The notes under the pieces were generated by a model. The model was given only the letters and a program-made list of their open reading frames with translations, searched no databases and was not told where the DNA came from. Source: a virus. From it: a DNA stretch of 64,000 nt. The stretch covers positions 3,622-67,621 of IMG/VR virus record IMGVR_UViG_3300024581_000835; one strand, 5' to 3'. Numbering within the stretch: the stretch's first letter is position 1; each line of letters opens with the position of its first letter. The translations under genes were made by a program, and so were the position numbers. Shown here in pieces: positions 38,459 to 47,140 of the stretch.

Positions 38459-38633
38459 TGTATTCCTCTAAGATATCTAACAATTCATCAGGAAACTCGG
38501 CGCCTAGTACACCGAGGAAATCAACCATACTGAGAAAAACTTCCTGTAAGTTTTCCTCTGACTTTAAGTCGTCTACATTTATCACAGTAGATATTTCAGA
38601 TCTACCTTTTTTACTGCTAAGAGTTATTTCCAT
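38448..38633 (-). CDS. Small acidic hypothetical protein
   Basis: Tiling ORF. Confidence 0.55.
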   Translation of the reverse strand: MEITLSSKKGRSEISTVINVDDLKSEENLQEVFLSMVDFLGVLGAEFPDELLDILEEYNDD

Positions 38634-38642
38634 AGTTTTATA

Positions 38643-38903
38643 TTATACATTATTTTTAGATCCTGTCAACCTAAAATACTTGATCAAACCATACACGCTG
38701 AGAGAGAACCAAAACACTTCTATCACCATGCTTGCAAGGTTAAAATTATAAAGCAGGCTAACAGTTACCAATACTGCTACCACTGCGTTGTTAAAACTGT
38801 ACCAAAAGCCTTTGGGGTCTATGCGATCAAACTGCAATAAACCGTATGTGGTTATAAGTAATGCCACACCTAATAGCCCAACTGCATCTGGTAATCCTAT
38901 CAA
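38643..38903 (-). CDS. Three-TM membrane protein (CBU_0592-like)
   Basis: GLLGVALLITTYGLLQ...YSFNN...NLASMVIEVFW pattern. Confidence 0.6.
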   Translation of the reverse strand: MIGLPDAVGLLGVALLITTYGLLQFDRIDPKGFWYSFNNAVVAVLVTVSLLYNFNLASMVIEVFWFSLSVYGLIKYFRLTGSKNNV

Positions 38904-39406
38904 TCTATTACCTCATCTGACGTGTATTTGGTCCAATCAGTGAATGTGGACCTATCCATGAGATCGTGTAAACTATGACACCAAACACCAGGATTGGTTG
39001 CACGGAAATCTCTGTCGTCAATCTTTAACGTGGTGTTGTAGTTAAACTGTTTGATGTAAGGCAACTTAACACTGATCATAGGAATAAAGTTATCATACTC
39101 AGTTGGACCGCCTTCCAACAACTGCTCTGCATGCTTAACGTCTAAGTCAAGTGTTACCCAAATGTCATCACGCAAAAGATCAAGGATAAGATTATCCCAT
39201 TGTATCCACTCCTCGTTGCTTTGAGGATCAAAACTTTGATTTGCACCCAAGTAAATATGTGGACAAGCATTATTCAATGCTCTTGCAAGGATTTCTTCTT
39301 TTGGTTGTAGTCCAACCACAAACAGAGTTCGTTGCCCAAATGCAGGTGACTTTTCTACTTCGGTGCCAACAAAGTATGTGTTGTTTTCGTGTCCTTCTCT
39401 GTTCAT
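38900..39406 (-). CDS. Hypothetical protein in the dpd operon
   Basis: GTEVE..TLFVVG, HIYLGANQSF and KIDDRDFRATNPGVWCH. Confidence 0.75.
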   Translation of the reverse strand: MNREGHENNTYFVGTEVEKSPAFGQRTLFVVGLQPKEEILARALNNACPHIYLGANQSFDPQSNEEWIQWDNLILDLLRDDIWVTLDLDVKHAEQLLEGGPTEYDNFIPMISVKLPYIKQFNYNTTLKIDDRDFRATNPGVWCHSLHDLMDRSTFTDWTKYTSDEVID

Positions 39407-39407
39407 A

Positions 39408-39596
39408 TTACCACCTAGTGTAACCTAGCCTTTCTAGATACTGCTGTTTGGTAACAGCCTCATCAATGTTTATATTTAGGCAAGGCATGGTTGCGTCATT
39501 GAAAATTTCCGTCACCTTTACAGTTTCATCATCATTGACTTGAAAGTGCACAATATGCCCTTCGCACTCGTAATGCCCTGACCAAATAGTTTTCAT
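39408..39596 (-). CDS. Small hypothetical protein
   Basis: ATGA-coupled ORF. Confidence 0.55.
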   Translation of the reverse strand: MKTIWSGHYECEGHIVHFQVNDDETVKVTEIFNDATMPCLNINIDEAVTKQQYLERLGYTRW

Positions 39597-39910
39597 AGAT
39601 CCGCCTCTTTAACAAACACCCCATCAACCATCTTGCCTTTGCGATCTTTGATGTCATTGTATGCAACTTCCAGGCACTCAGTTAAACTGAGGTTGTTGCG
39701 TTCAGCAATGTTAATCAGCACAACCATCATGTCACCGATATCGTCCTTGATGTCACGCTCTTTGCAGATGTTGTCGCTGAGTTCACCTGCTTCTTGAATC
39801 AATTTAGCAAACTGTGTTTTGTCGTCACTGCCTTGAATCAAGTTACGATCATAGTGCCACTGCTTTACCATTTCGCATAGTACAATTAATCTTTCGCCTT
39901 CAACAGTCAT
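39593..39910 (-). CDS. mazG: MazG-like NTP pyrophosphohydrolase
   Basis: KLIQEAGEL, DDIGDMMVVL, AYNDIKDRKG. Confidence 0.85.
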   Translation of the reverse strand: MTVEGERLIVLCEMVKQWHYDRNLIQGSDDKTQFAKLIQEAGELSDNICKERDIKDDIGDMMVVLINIAERNNLSLTECLEVAYNDIKDRKGKMVDGVFVKEADL

Positions 39911-41476
39911 TTAAAATCCCTCAAAGAATGTTCCAATTACTTCTTCTTTAACACCGTCATCCTCGCCACCCATACTAAAGTGTGCAAGCATGTCTGCATG
40001 CTTTTTGATAAGTTCTCTGGCATTTGTGCATGCAGGGTCTAACACAGTTTCCACAAAGTTCTGGAAGTACAGAATATTAACAGGCACATAAGGAGATACC
40101 TCTTGTGCTTTACTGCTCTTCTTCTCTGGCTTCCTCCAATTATTGAAGTCTACTGCTTCTCTGTAACGCTCAACATCTGCCAGTCTATTTGCTTCCTGCA
40201 CAGCATCAATGTGGTTGAACACACTGTGACCCATGTAGTACAAATAACTTTGTGTATCCCAACTGGTGCTGTCACGCTCTGCAAACAGTTGATTACCTTG
40301 TGCATCCAACTTGGGTTTGCCTTCCTTGTCTACCAACGGCTGACCTTCTGCTAACTTCATATTACCATTCTTGTCCAAGTCGCCTGCTGACATAGGGCAT
40401 AAGTCACCCATTGTGAGTCTGCTCATCACAGGCGAATGCCCAAACGGTGCAGGCAAGTCACTGTCCTTGAATGACTGCTGATCAAATGCACGATCCATAA
40501 AGTAGCCAAACTTACCAGGCTCAAAGAAGTTGTGTGCATAGGTTTGACCATATGCAGTGTTAACAAATGGCGATGCGGCATCGAAGCTCAACGTAATGTT
40601 TGGGTTATCATGCAATCTCAACTGTCTCTGTATAGCAGTTAGGAAACAGGCCCATTGCAGTTTACCGGTACCTAAGAAGTGTATCCAATCTTTGCCTTCC
40701 AGCAAACCATCTTGTCTTAGATCTAATAGACGGTTCAGCACACAACTTAGGTCTTTCATGTTGATACCAGCAAAGGCGTAACCTTCGAGTGCCCTGCTTG
40801 CATCGCCGTAACCTTCAGCAACAAACGAAGGATCACTAAAGCATTTAACAGAGTCATACCACTGTTTGCTAGTTGCTTCGTCTGTGCCACTTAGCACATT
40901 GAGAAACTTTGTTGCACCCGGTACACGGTTACGCACAAAGTAATCCAAGTTCAATAAACTGATGTCTAGTGTGTCTTCAAATCTTGTCAAGCCTGTTTTT
41001 TTGCTCAGTGGTTCTACTGCGGCAAAGGCTGGAATGTCTAATGTCATACTCCAGTCTGCTGTGTGTTCTAACCAACGTAGAATACTTTCGCACATCTTTG
41101 TACGAGCAGGATCGCTTGGATCCTTTGCGTTTGTCCAATCCAGTTTAAGTACACCTGTAGCGATCTGGAATCCACCGGAGTCGCCTAAGATAACTTTTAC
41201 AGTATTACGATCACGCTCTTGAATCATAGGCTCAGCATCGTGGCTTTTGTCGATGTCGAGGTGTGCGTGACCTGCTGAATATAATCCGTAAGGATAATGA
41301 AAGTAACTATTTTGTGCTTGTAGGAAATCCAAGCCCTCATTACCGTGTTCGAAACCTGCAGGAACTCGACTTTCTGCTTTTTTCTTGTTGCAGATTTTGT
41401 CCAACTGCTTAGTATAGAAACTACTGATCGCAGGGAGATAAACTGCGTAGTCTCTTTGTCTTTTGCCTAAATCCAT
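39911..41476 (-). CDS. dpdA: DNA deazaguanine transglycosylase (TGT-fold, DpdA-like)
   Basis: ILGDSGGFQI, MTLDIP, IHFLGTG and SFDAASPF; co-located with folE and queE. Confidence 0.85.
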   Translation of the reverse strand: MDLGKRQRDYAVYLPAISSFYTKQLDKICNKKKAESRVPAGFEHGNEGLDFLQAQNSYFHYPYGLYSAGHAHLDIDKSHDAEPMIQERDRNTVKVILGDSGGFQIATGVLKLDWTNAKDPSDPARTKMCESILRWLEHTADWSMTLDIPAFAAVEPLSKKTGLTRFEDTLDISLLNLDYFVRNRVPGATKFLNVLSGTDEATSKQWYDSVKCFSDPSFVAEGYGDASRALEGYAFAGINMKDLSCVLNRLLDLRQDGLLEGKDWIHFLGTGKLQWACFLTAIQRQLRLHDNPNITLSFDAASPFVNTAYGQTYAHNFFEPGKFGYFMDRAFDQQSFKDSDLPAPFGHSPVMSRLTMGDLCPMSAGDLDKNGNMKLAEGQPLVDKEGKPKLDAQGNQLFAERDSTSWDTQSYLYYMGHSVFNHIDAVQEANRLADVERYREAVDFNNWRKPEKKSSKAQEVSPYVPVNILYFQNFVETVLDPACTNARELIKKHADMLAHFSMGGEDDGVKEEVIGTFFEGF

Positions 41477-41479
41477 ATA

Positions 41480-42235
41480 TTAGTTCTTCGCAGGTAGTAA
41501 GTATGTGTATTCACCAATGCCGCTGTCTACTTTGATCTGTAGCAAGCCTTTTGCATTGAAACTCATAACAATGTTTGCATTGTCGCCTAAACGTAAAATC
41601 TTTAATGCTACATCCAGTGGCCAATGAAACTCGTGTGTCATTGAACCTTCAACTCCTTCTGCAATCAACACTTTGGTTCTGTCGCCGCCGTTGTCGCCAA
41701 TGTAGAAGTACAATTTGTTGTCCTCAGTACGTGGCGAGAACGTGCTCTCAAAAGCGCCTAACACGCTGTTAAAATAACCTAACTCCTTGAGATTCTTTGC
41801 ACTAGGCACAATATTCACATCAAACTCTGCGCCTTTGAATGTGATGTCTTTGAGCTGTTGATTAACTACATCTGCTAACATAAAACGATAGTGTGCATCT
41901 GTGCCTTCTTGGCTAACAAACTTTACTTCAACTGGTACATCGGCGCCATTACGTTCCTGTGTTACTACTTCTACTGTTGCATCCTCATCATCGAATCCTG
42001 GAAAACGCAAGTAGCCGTCTAACACGCTCATGCGACTTAGTCCAACTGTTGATTCAACAAAGTCAGGAACTGGGTTAATAGTTTTGCCTTTGAAGATCAC
42101 AGTTTTATCTGCATCCACAGTTTCAATAGTGGTCTCTTCCACTGTGCCTTTTACTTTGACCATCTCAAAGATACCCAAACTGTGCGTGTGTTTGAGAACA
42201 TCTTTCAGTGTGTCTTTGATATAATTGTTAGCCAT
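41480..42235 (-). CDS. DNA polymerase sliding clamp (gp45/PCNA-like)
   Basis: About 250 aa, all-beta/alpha pattern, ends GEYTYLLPA; lies beside polB. Confidence 0.7.
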   Translation of the reverse strand: MANNYIKDTLKDVLKHTHSLGIFEMVKVKGTVEETTIETVDADKTVIFKGKTINPVPDFVESTVGLSRMSVLDGYLRFPGFDDEDATVEVVTQERNGADVPVEVKFVSQEGTDAHYRFMLADVVNQQLKDITFKGAEFDVNIVPSAKNLKELGYFNSVLGAFESTFSPRTEDNKLYFYIGDNGGDRTKVLIAEGVEGSMTHEFHWPLDVALKILRLGDNANIVMSFNAKGLLQIKVDSGIGEYTYLLPAKN

Positions 42236-42255
42236 GTTTATCTCCTTTGATGTAT

Positions 42256-42513
42256 TTAGGCGGTGCCTTCAATCCTAGCCTGTTTTTTCAGTTGCTCTTT
42301 TTCAAAGTACAACCTAATAATTGTTTTGCGTATGATTGCATACAGTGTGAATATGGTAGTTAATATCACGCTGGTCCACAATGTACCAATCTGCCATACG
42401 TCAATACACAGATATACCAATATAAAATTAAGTGGTATGTTAATTACAGCCGCAATACCTGTGTCAGTTACTGCTTCGTAGAATGCTTGTCTAATCTGTC
42501 TATTCGTAGGCAT
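42256..42513 (-). CDS. Small two-TM membrane protein
   Basis: Start MPTNRQ; two hydrophobic helices. Confidence 0.6.
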   Translation of the reverse strand: MPTNRQIRQAFYEAVTDTGIAAVINIPLNFILVYLCIDVWQIGTLWTSVILTTIFTLYAIIRKTIIRLYFEKEQLKKQARIEGTA

Positions 42514-42521
42514 AATAGTGT

Positions 42522-42549
42522 ATTTTACATGTTTATTTAGAAAAGTCAA
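42522..42549 (-). promoter_or_regulatory. Sigma70-like promoter
   Basis: TTGACT-16 nt-TAAAAT. Confidence 0.6.
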
Positions 42550-42573
42550 TCAAAATACTCAACTTTTTTTAGA

Positions 42574-45255
42574 TTAAAAATCAAAAAACTCTTGCAGTGC
42601 TTCACTCTCGTTCATCCTATCCAAGTCCCAATTCATTGCACCCAGCACATTCTTTATCTTTTTGTTGAGTACGCTTTCTTCCATTGCTTCATCATCAAAC
42701 GGCATCTGCTTGAACCAGTCTGGCAGTTGTAGTTCATCAGTGGGGTACGCTATGCTGGCATAGCCCATTGCATTACTTTTGAGCTTGCACACAATCACTT
42801 TCATACCGTCAGTGATAGTCATGCTGTAGTTGTCGCTCATTGCTTGTTTGATTTCGTTCCAGTTGATGCTTGCTCTAACATGCCCAGGTATCATGTTGTT
42901 CTCGGGTGCTTGGTCTGTAAGTCGCTTCAACTTATAATTTCGAGTTTCTACACGTCGTTGTTTTGCCAACTTTTCGCCGTACATGGTGAGATTGTTTACA
43001 CGCTTGGGCATGCCTTTTAACCAAGGATTCATACCTTGGAATTCTTTCTTAAAGTCTTTGATCTTTTGTAGTACATCGCTCTCGCTCACACCTTCTAGTG
43101 CATTGTCTAATATCTCTTCTAAGAAGTCTTGTATAAACTCAGGAGTGTCTGAACGCTTGATGTCCATGCCCATGATCTTGAGCTTGCCGCCTTCTGGTTG
43201 CCAGCCTTCTAGATCCAACACTTTGATGGCATAACGCTTCTTGGTAATAAAAAGTCCTGCTCGTCCAACTACTTCTCTGCCTGCTTTCATCACTGCACCC
43301 ATATCCTTGGGCACGTTGAATTTATCCTTCAGCATCTGTGGGAAGGTGTCACTGACAGTATCTGAAATATGATCGTACAGTGCTACTGCACTGTCTAAGT
43401 CTAATTGTTGTCCGGGCTCCAGGGCAGGGGTTGCTGTGAAATACACTGAGTCTGTATCACCATATATGATACATTCCCCCGTATGGTCATAGGAGCCGGT
43501 AAGCATTCTGTTTGTTTCGGCACCCATGTGCTTAGTAATGGCTCTTCCTGTAAGTGTTGTGGATTGACCAATCCGCTTATCGAAAAAACGGCAGCCAGGA
43601 TTAAGGATAGCACCGTACAAACTGTTAAGGTTAATCTTTTTAACCAACTGTCGTTTGTCCCAAAACGCTTTGTCCGCATCAGTTGTTGCATCTTTTTTCT
43701 TTGCTTGTAAGTCTTTACGCTCCGCATACCATCTCTCCAATAGTCCGGGCACAATGCCCTGGAAGTCTGTTTTAAAGATAGTACCGTTAGCACTGATATT
43801 CCAAGGTTGCCCTGAATTAAAAATTAAATTATAGACGTCTGCTCCAGTTACTTCTACTGTAGTACCGTCCTCCATGTCCAAATGCATAGTGTGGTTAACG
43901 TCCTTGCTCATAACCATTTCGTATTCATTTGAACCAAACTTGCCTAACCATGCATCTGCAAATGACTTCTTCTCCAGTGTCATTTTATTTTTGACTTCTT
44001 CCTCTGTGTAGTCCTGACGCAGTTGCCCCACAATAGTCTCTGGAGCCATATTAAGTGCACGGAACACACTTGGATACAGACTGTTCAAGTCCATCGAGCC
44101 CACCCATTCGTGGAATCCTTTTTTGGGGAAGGCAACATAAGCACCTGCGGCCTGTGTGTTACCACGCTCTTCACGTTTGCGATCTGGTACAACATAACCA
44201 CGTCTGTGACTTTCATTGATGATTGCTTGTTCTGTGGTCGCCACTGCACCCATTGTGGTTGGAAGTAGCACAGTGTTGTCGTGTGCAATAGTGTTAGCAA
44301 GATCAATAAACTGTAGTTTCTTATCCAGTTTATCCAACAGCATGACGTCTTGAATGTTGTATTCTAAGAACTTCTTGAAATCATGATTGTACAGTTTATC
44401 CAGTGATCCTTCATAGGCTACTTTCTTTTCGCCTACTTCCATCTCACCAATGTAGTCTAGTCTGTAACTGTGTCGTTCTTCATAGTTGTATTTGCGATAC
44501 AGTTGCATATAGTCCAAGTGCACACGACCTAAGATGTCATAGCTTTGCCGTTCTGCACCAAACGCTTCGTATGTGCGCTCTCTGGGAAACTGATCCCACA
44601 AACACATTCTGCGAGTTTCGCCTTTGCCCATCACTTTGATGATGCGGTTAATGGTGTAAGGAATATCATAGCCCTCACTGTTCCAGCCACTCAGTATGTC
44701 AGCATCTTCAATTAGTGTGAGGAATGTGTTCAGCATTTCTTTTTCAGACTTGAACAGTATTACCTCAGGCATGTCTGCAACAATAGCTTCGGCTTGTTCC
44801 CAACTTAGAGTCTTGGGAGGCACAGCCAAACACACCATTGCATCCATCCACTGCAAGTACACACCAATAGATGTAATCTCCATGAATGCATCTTCAGGTG
44901 AACTGTAACCACGTTCTGGATCAAAGTCCACCTCGATGTCGAAAAATGCTGTTTGTAGTATCGGAGGTTCAGCACCGTTGTAGTGCTTGGCTATTGTTTT
45001 GTTTAGTGGCTTGATGTCGCTTTCGAATGTTTTGTTGCCTTTGTTGATAGCAACATTCTTACGAAACTCTTTGACGTTTTTACACCGCACTTCTTGTACA
45101 GCTTCGCCATAGATGCTTTTGTGTGATCCTCTGGGATCAGCAATGTAAAAATTGTATTCGGGCTTGTGGTCTACTAGAATGCGTTTACCATCTACACGCT
45201 CAACCACTCGAATCAGATCGAGTTTCTTATCGTAGATTGCATCTACATAACTCAT
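42574..45255 (-). CDS. polB: Family B DNA polymerase (gp43-like)
   Basis: Exo motifs FFDIEV, GWNSEGYDIPY and YNIQDV; pol motifs DLNSLYP, KINLNSLYG and YGDTDS. No intein. Confidence 0.97.
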   Translation of the reverse strand: MSYVDAIYDKKLDLIRVVERVDGKRILVDHKPEYNFYIADPRGSHKSIYGEAVQEVRCKNVKEFRKNVAINKGNKTFESDIKPLNKTIAKHYNGAEPPILQTAFFDIEVDFDPERGYSSPEDAFMEITSIGVYLQWMDAMVCLAVPPKTLSWEQAEAIVADMPEVILFKSEKEMLNTFLTLIEDADILSGWNSEGYDIPYTINRIIKVMGKGETRRMCLWDQFPRERTYEAFGAERQSYDILGRVHLDYMQLYRKYNYEERHSYRLDYIGEMEVGEKKVAYEGSLDKLYNHDFKKFLEYNIQDVMLLDKLDKKLQFIDLANTIAHDNTVLLPTTMGAVATTEQAIINESHRRGYVVPDRKREERGNTQAAGAYVAFPKKGFHEWVGSMDLNSLYPSVFRALNMAPETIVGQLRQDYTEEEVKNKMTLEKKSFADAWLGKFGSNEYEMVMSKDVNHTMHLDMEDGTTVEVTGADVYNLIFNSGQPWNISANGTIFKTDFQGIVPGLLERWYAERKDLQAKKKDATTDADKAFWDKRQLVKKINLNSLYGAILNPGCRFFDKRIGQSTTLTGRAITKHMGAETNRMLTGSYDHTGECIIYGDTDSVYFTATPALEPGQQLDLDSAVALYDHISDTVSDTFPQMLKDKFNVPKDMGAVMKAGREVVGRAGLFITKKRYAIKVLDLEGWQPEGGKLKIMGMDIKRSDTPEFIQDFLEEILDNALEGVSESDVLQKIKDFKKEFQGMNPWLKGMPKRVNNLTMYGEKLAKQRRVETRNYKLKRLTDQAPENNMIPGHVRASINWNEIKQAMSDNYSMTITDGMKVIVCKLKSNAMGYASIAYPTDELQLPDWFKQMPFDDEAMEESVLNKKIKNVLGAMNWDLDRMNESEALQEFFDF

Positions 45256-45321
45256 GTGTGTTTGTCTCCGAGCATCACTTGTGGCTGACGCAATACCAAG
45301 TTAATAATAATAGTTATGCTA

Positions 45322-45585
45322 TTAGAGTGTTCTACCAACAGTTTCTAGGATAGTTTCAAGTTCATCGAACTTGTCGTATTCATCTTGGAAACTGGCCTTG
45401 TGTGCGATGCGAATTGCTTTGTTTAGTACACCAGGCTTGAGGTCCATCTCTTCTGCGATTGCTTTCACAGTATCACGTAGACCTTCTTTGAGGGTGTCAA
45501 TTTCGTAAGAAACTTGCATGCCTTCATCAATTAACTTCTTGAGACGTGCTTGTTCTTCTGCGTTGAATGTTCTATTAAATGCCAT
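45322..45585 (-). CDS. DsbA/GapR-like dsDNA-binding protein
   Basis: Short helical protein: LKEGLRDTVKAIAEEMDLKPGVLNKAIRIAHK. Confidence 0.6.
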   Translation of the reverse strand: MAFNRTFNAEEQARLKKLIDEGMQVSYEIDTLKEGLRDTVKAIAEEMDLKPGVLNKAIRIAHKASFQDEYDKFDELETILETVGRTL

Positions 45586-45630
45586 TATAGTTCCTCGTTA
45601 ATGTAGCAATATTTAGTTACTGATTAACCT

Positions 45631-45660
45631 ATTATAGCAGAATTGTGAATGATGTCAACC
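45631..45660 (-). promoter_or_regulatory. Sigma70-like promoter
   Basis: GGTTGACA-16 nt-TATAAT with TGC extended -10. Confidence 0.8.
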
Positions 45661-46022
45661 TAGTCGACGCTGTAGTAAAACCAGTCTGTTGCATCACCTG
45701 GTTGCATTACTTTTTTGTTAACACCACGTTCCATGCCATTGGGTGTTGATTTTGCATAGTTGGTTAACAATGTTATAGGTCCTGGTGCACTTGGAAGTAA
45801 AACCCAACGATCAGCCATTTCCATACCACCTTGGGGTTCAGAATGTTTTTCAGCATAACCAAGTTTTTCCAAGTCTCCCCATGCAGGTCCTTGTATGGTA
45901 TAACCAGCATTGTGAATCTCCGGCGCATCACCGTCCTCAATGGAACGCTTGAGTCCTTTGAGTTTAGCTTCTGCTTGCTTGACTTGGTCTTCTTGTGTTA
46001 AAAATAATTCTTGTAGTTTCAT
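45660..46022 (-). CDS. Hypothetical protein (starts MKLQELF)
   Basis: Start follows AGAGGA and the upstream stop. Confidence 0.65.
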   Translation of the reverse strand: MKLQELFLTQEDQVKQAEAKLKGLKRSIEDGDAPEIHNAGYTIQGPAWGDLEKLGYAEKHSEPQGGMEMADRWVLLPSAPGPITLLTNYAKSTPNGMERGVNKKVMQPGDATDWFYYSVD

Positions 46023-46023
46023 T

Positions 46024-46431
46024 TTACCAATCTGTTCCTCTGGTCCTGTGATACGAAGCTTGGCCGTCTTCGGCACCTTTTGCTTTTGCTGGCGCCTTAT
46101 TGCCAAACTCAGCATTATAATCTGCCAGTGCTTTTTCTTGTGCTTTGACATTGATTATTCTTTGTAAGGTAGGAGTGATAGTTTTTCCTGATTTCTTTGC
46201 CTGCATAGTGAAGAACTTTTTATAGGTATCGGTCTTTGCCTGGACTATTTCCACTTTGTCGCCCATGTCGTTCCAACTCATGCCCATTTGATCGGCACCT
46301 GCATCTGCTTTAGCACCTGCACTGCCCATTGCCATTGCACCAGCTAATCCGGCTGCCGCTACACCCTTACCAATCTTTTTCCAATTGATTTCTTCTAGTT
46401 CTTGGGGCGACATTACTTCATCTAATCTCAT
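46024..46431 (-). CDS. Hypothetical protein (starts MRLDEV; Ala/Gly-rich hydrophobic segment)
   Basis: SD GGAG; coupled ORF. Confidence 0.65.
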   Translation of the reverse strand: MRLDEVMSPQELEEINWKKIGKGVAAAGLAGAMAMGSAGAKADAGADQMGMSWNDMGDKVEIVQAKTDTYKKFFTMQAKKSGKTITPTLQRIINVKAQEKALADYNAEFGNKAPAKAKGAEDGQASYHRTRGTDW

Positions 46432-46736
46432 TATATCTCCAGGCTGGTTTCAAAATCAAAATCAAAATCAAACTCTTCGTCTAGTTGATCTGAAATGTCC
46501 TCACCTTCATCTATATCAATTTGCTCTTGTAAAACAATTTCGTATATGTTCAGGTCGTTGCTACCTTCGTACACAATTACTTCTGCGCTAACACGTTCGC
46601 CGTCGTCGGTGTAACCAACAACCAATTTGGCAGGCACAACACTCTGAACTATGTCAAAGTATTCTGCAACTTGATTGTTATCCAATTGTTCCCCGGTGAT
46701 CAATCTGCAAAAGTGTTTTACGAATGTGATAGGCAT
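46431..46736 (-). CDS. Acidic hypothetical protein
   Basis: Tiling ORF. Confidence 0.65.
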   Translation of the reverse strand: MPITFVKHFCRLITGEQLDNNQVAEYFDIVQSVVPAKLVVGYTDDGERVSAEVIVYEGSNDLNIYEIVLQEQIDIDEGEDISDQLDEEFDFDFDFETSLEI

Positions 46737-46740
46737 TTAA

Positions 46741-47076
46741 TTACTTACCCTTGGTCCATGCTTGTGCACCAAAGAATGCGGCAACGATACCAGCAACGGC
46801 TACAAAGTATGTAGGCGCCATATCGCCTAATGTTGCTTGGGCTTGATCTAATCCTGCTAAACTTGCACATACCACTGCAAATGGATACAACAGCATACCT
46901 AATAATGAGAACCATGCCATCTTACGTTGTGCATCTCTCATTGCGTCTTGGTCTTCAAGCTCTTTGCGTTTGAATTCTAAATACATCTGTTCTTCTGCTT
47001 TAGACACTTTACCATCTCCGTTAACATCAGCAGGATGATAATGTGTCGTTGATACGTTTGCTTGCTCTTCAGCCAT
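46741..47076 (-). CDS. Two-TM membrane protein (holin-like) with N-terminal EF-hand loop
   Basis: DVNGDGKVSKAE canonical EF loop; TM helices MAWFSLLGMLLYP... and TYFVAVAGIVAAFFG. Confidence 0.6.
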   Translation of the reverse strand: MAEEQANVSTTHYHPADVNGDGKVSKAEEQMYLEFKRKELEDQDAMRDAQRKMAWFSLLGMLLYPFAVVCASLAGLDQAQATLGDMAPTYFVAVAGIVAAFFGAQAWTKGK

Positions 47077-47098
47077 GTGTGTTCTCCTACTTTATATG

Positions 47099-47124
47099 TA
47101 TTTATCATATAAACTTAATAAATA
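47099..47124. promoter_or_regulatory. Back-to-back late-type TAAATA boxes
   Basis: GATAAATA (-, 47099-47106) and AATAAATA (+, 47117-47124) between divergent genes. Confidence 0.6.
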
Positions 47125-47140
47125 TATGCAGGAGACACAC

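Noticed and set aside
42574-45255. Intein or intron in polB, ligase or dpdA
   Set aside because: Lengths are normal and no splicing or LAGLIDADG motifs were seen. The short DKNG/DKEG/DAQG insert in DpdA looks like a surface hairpin.
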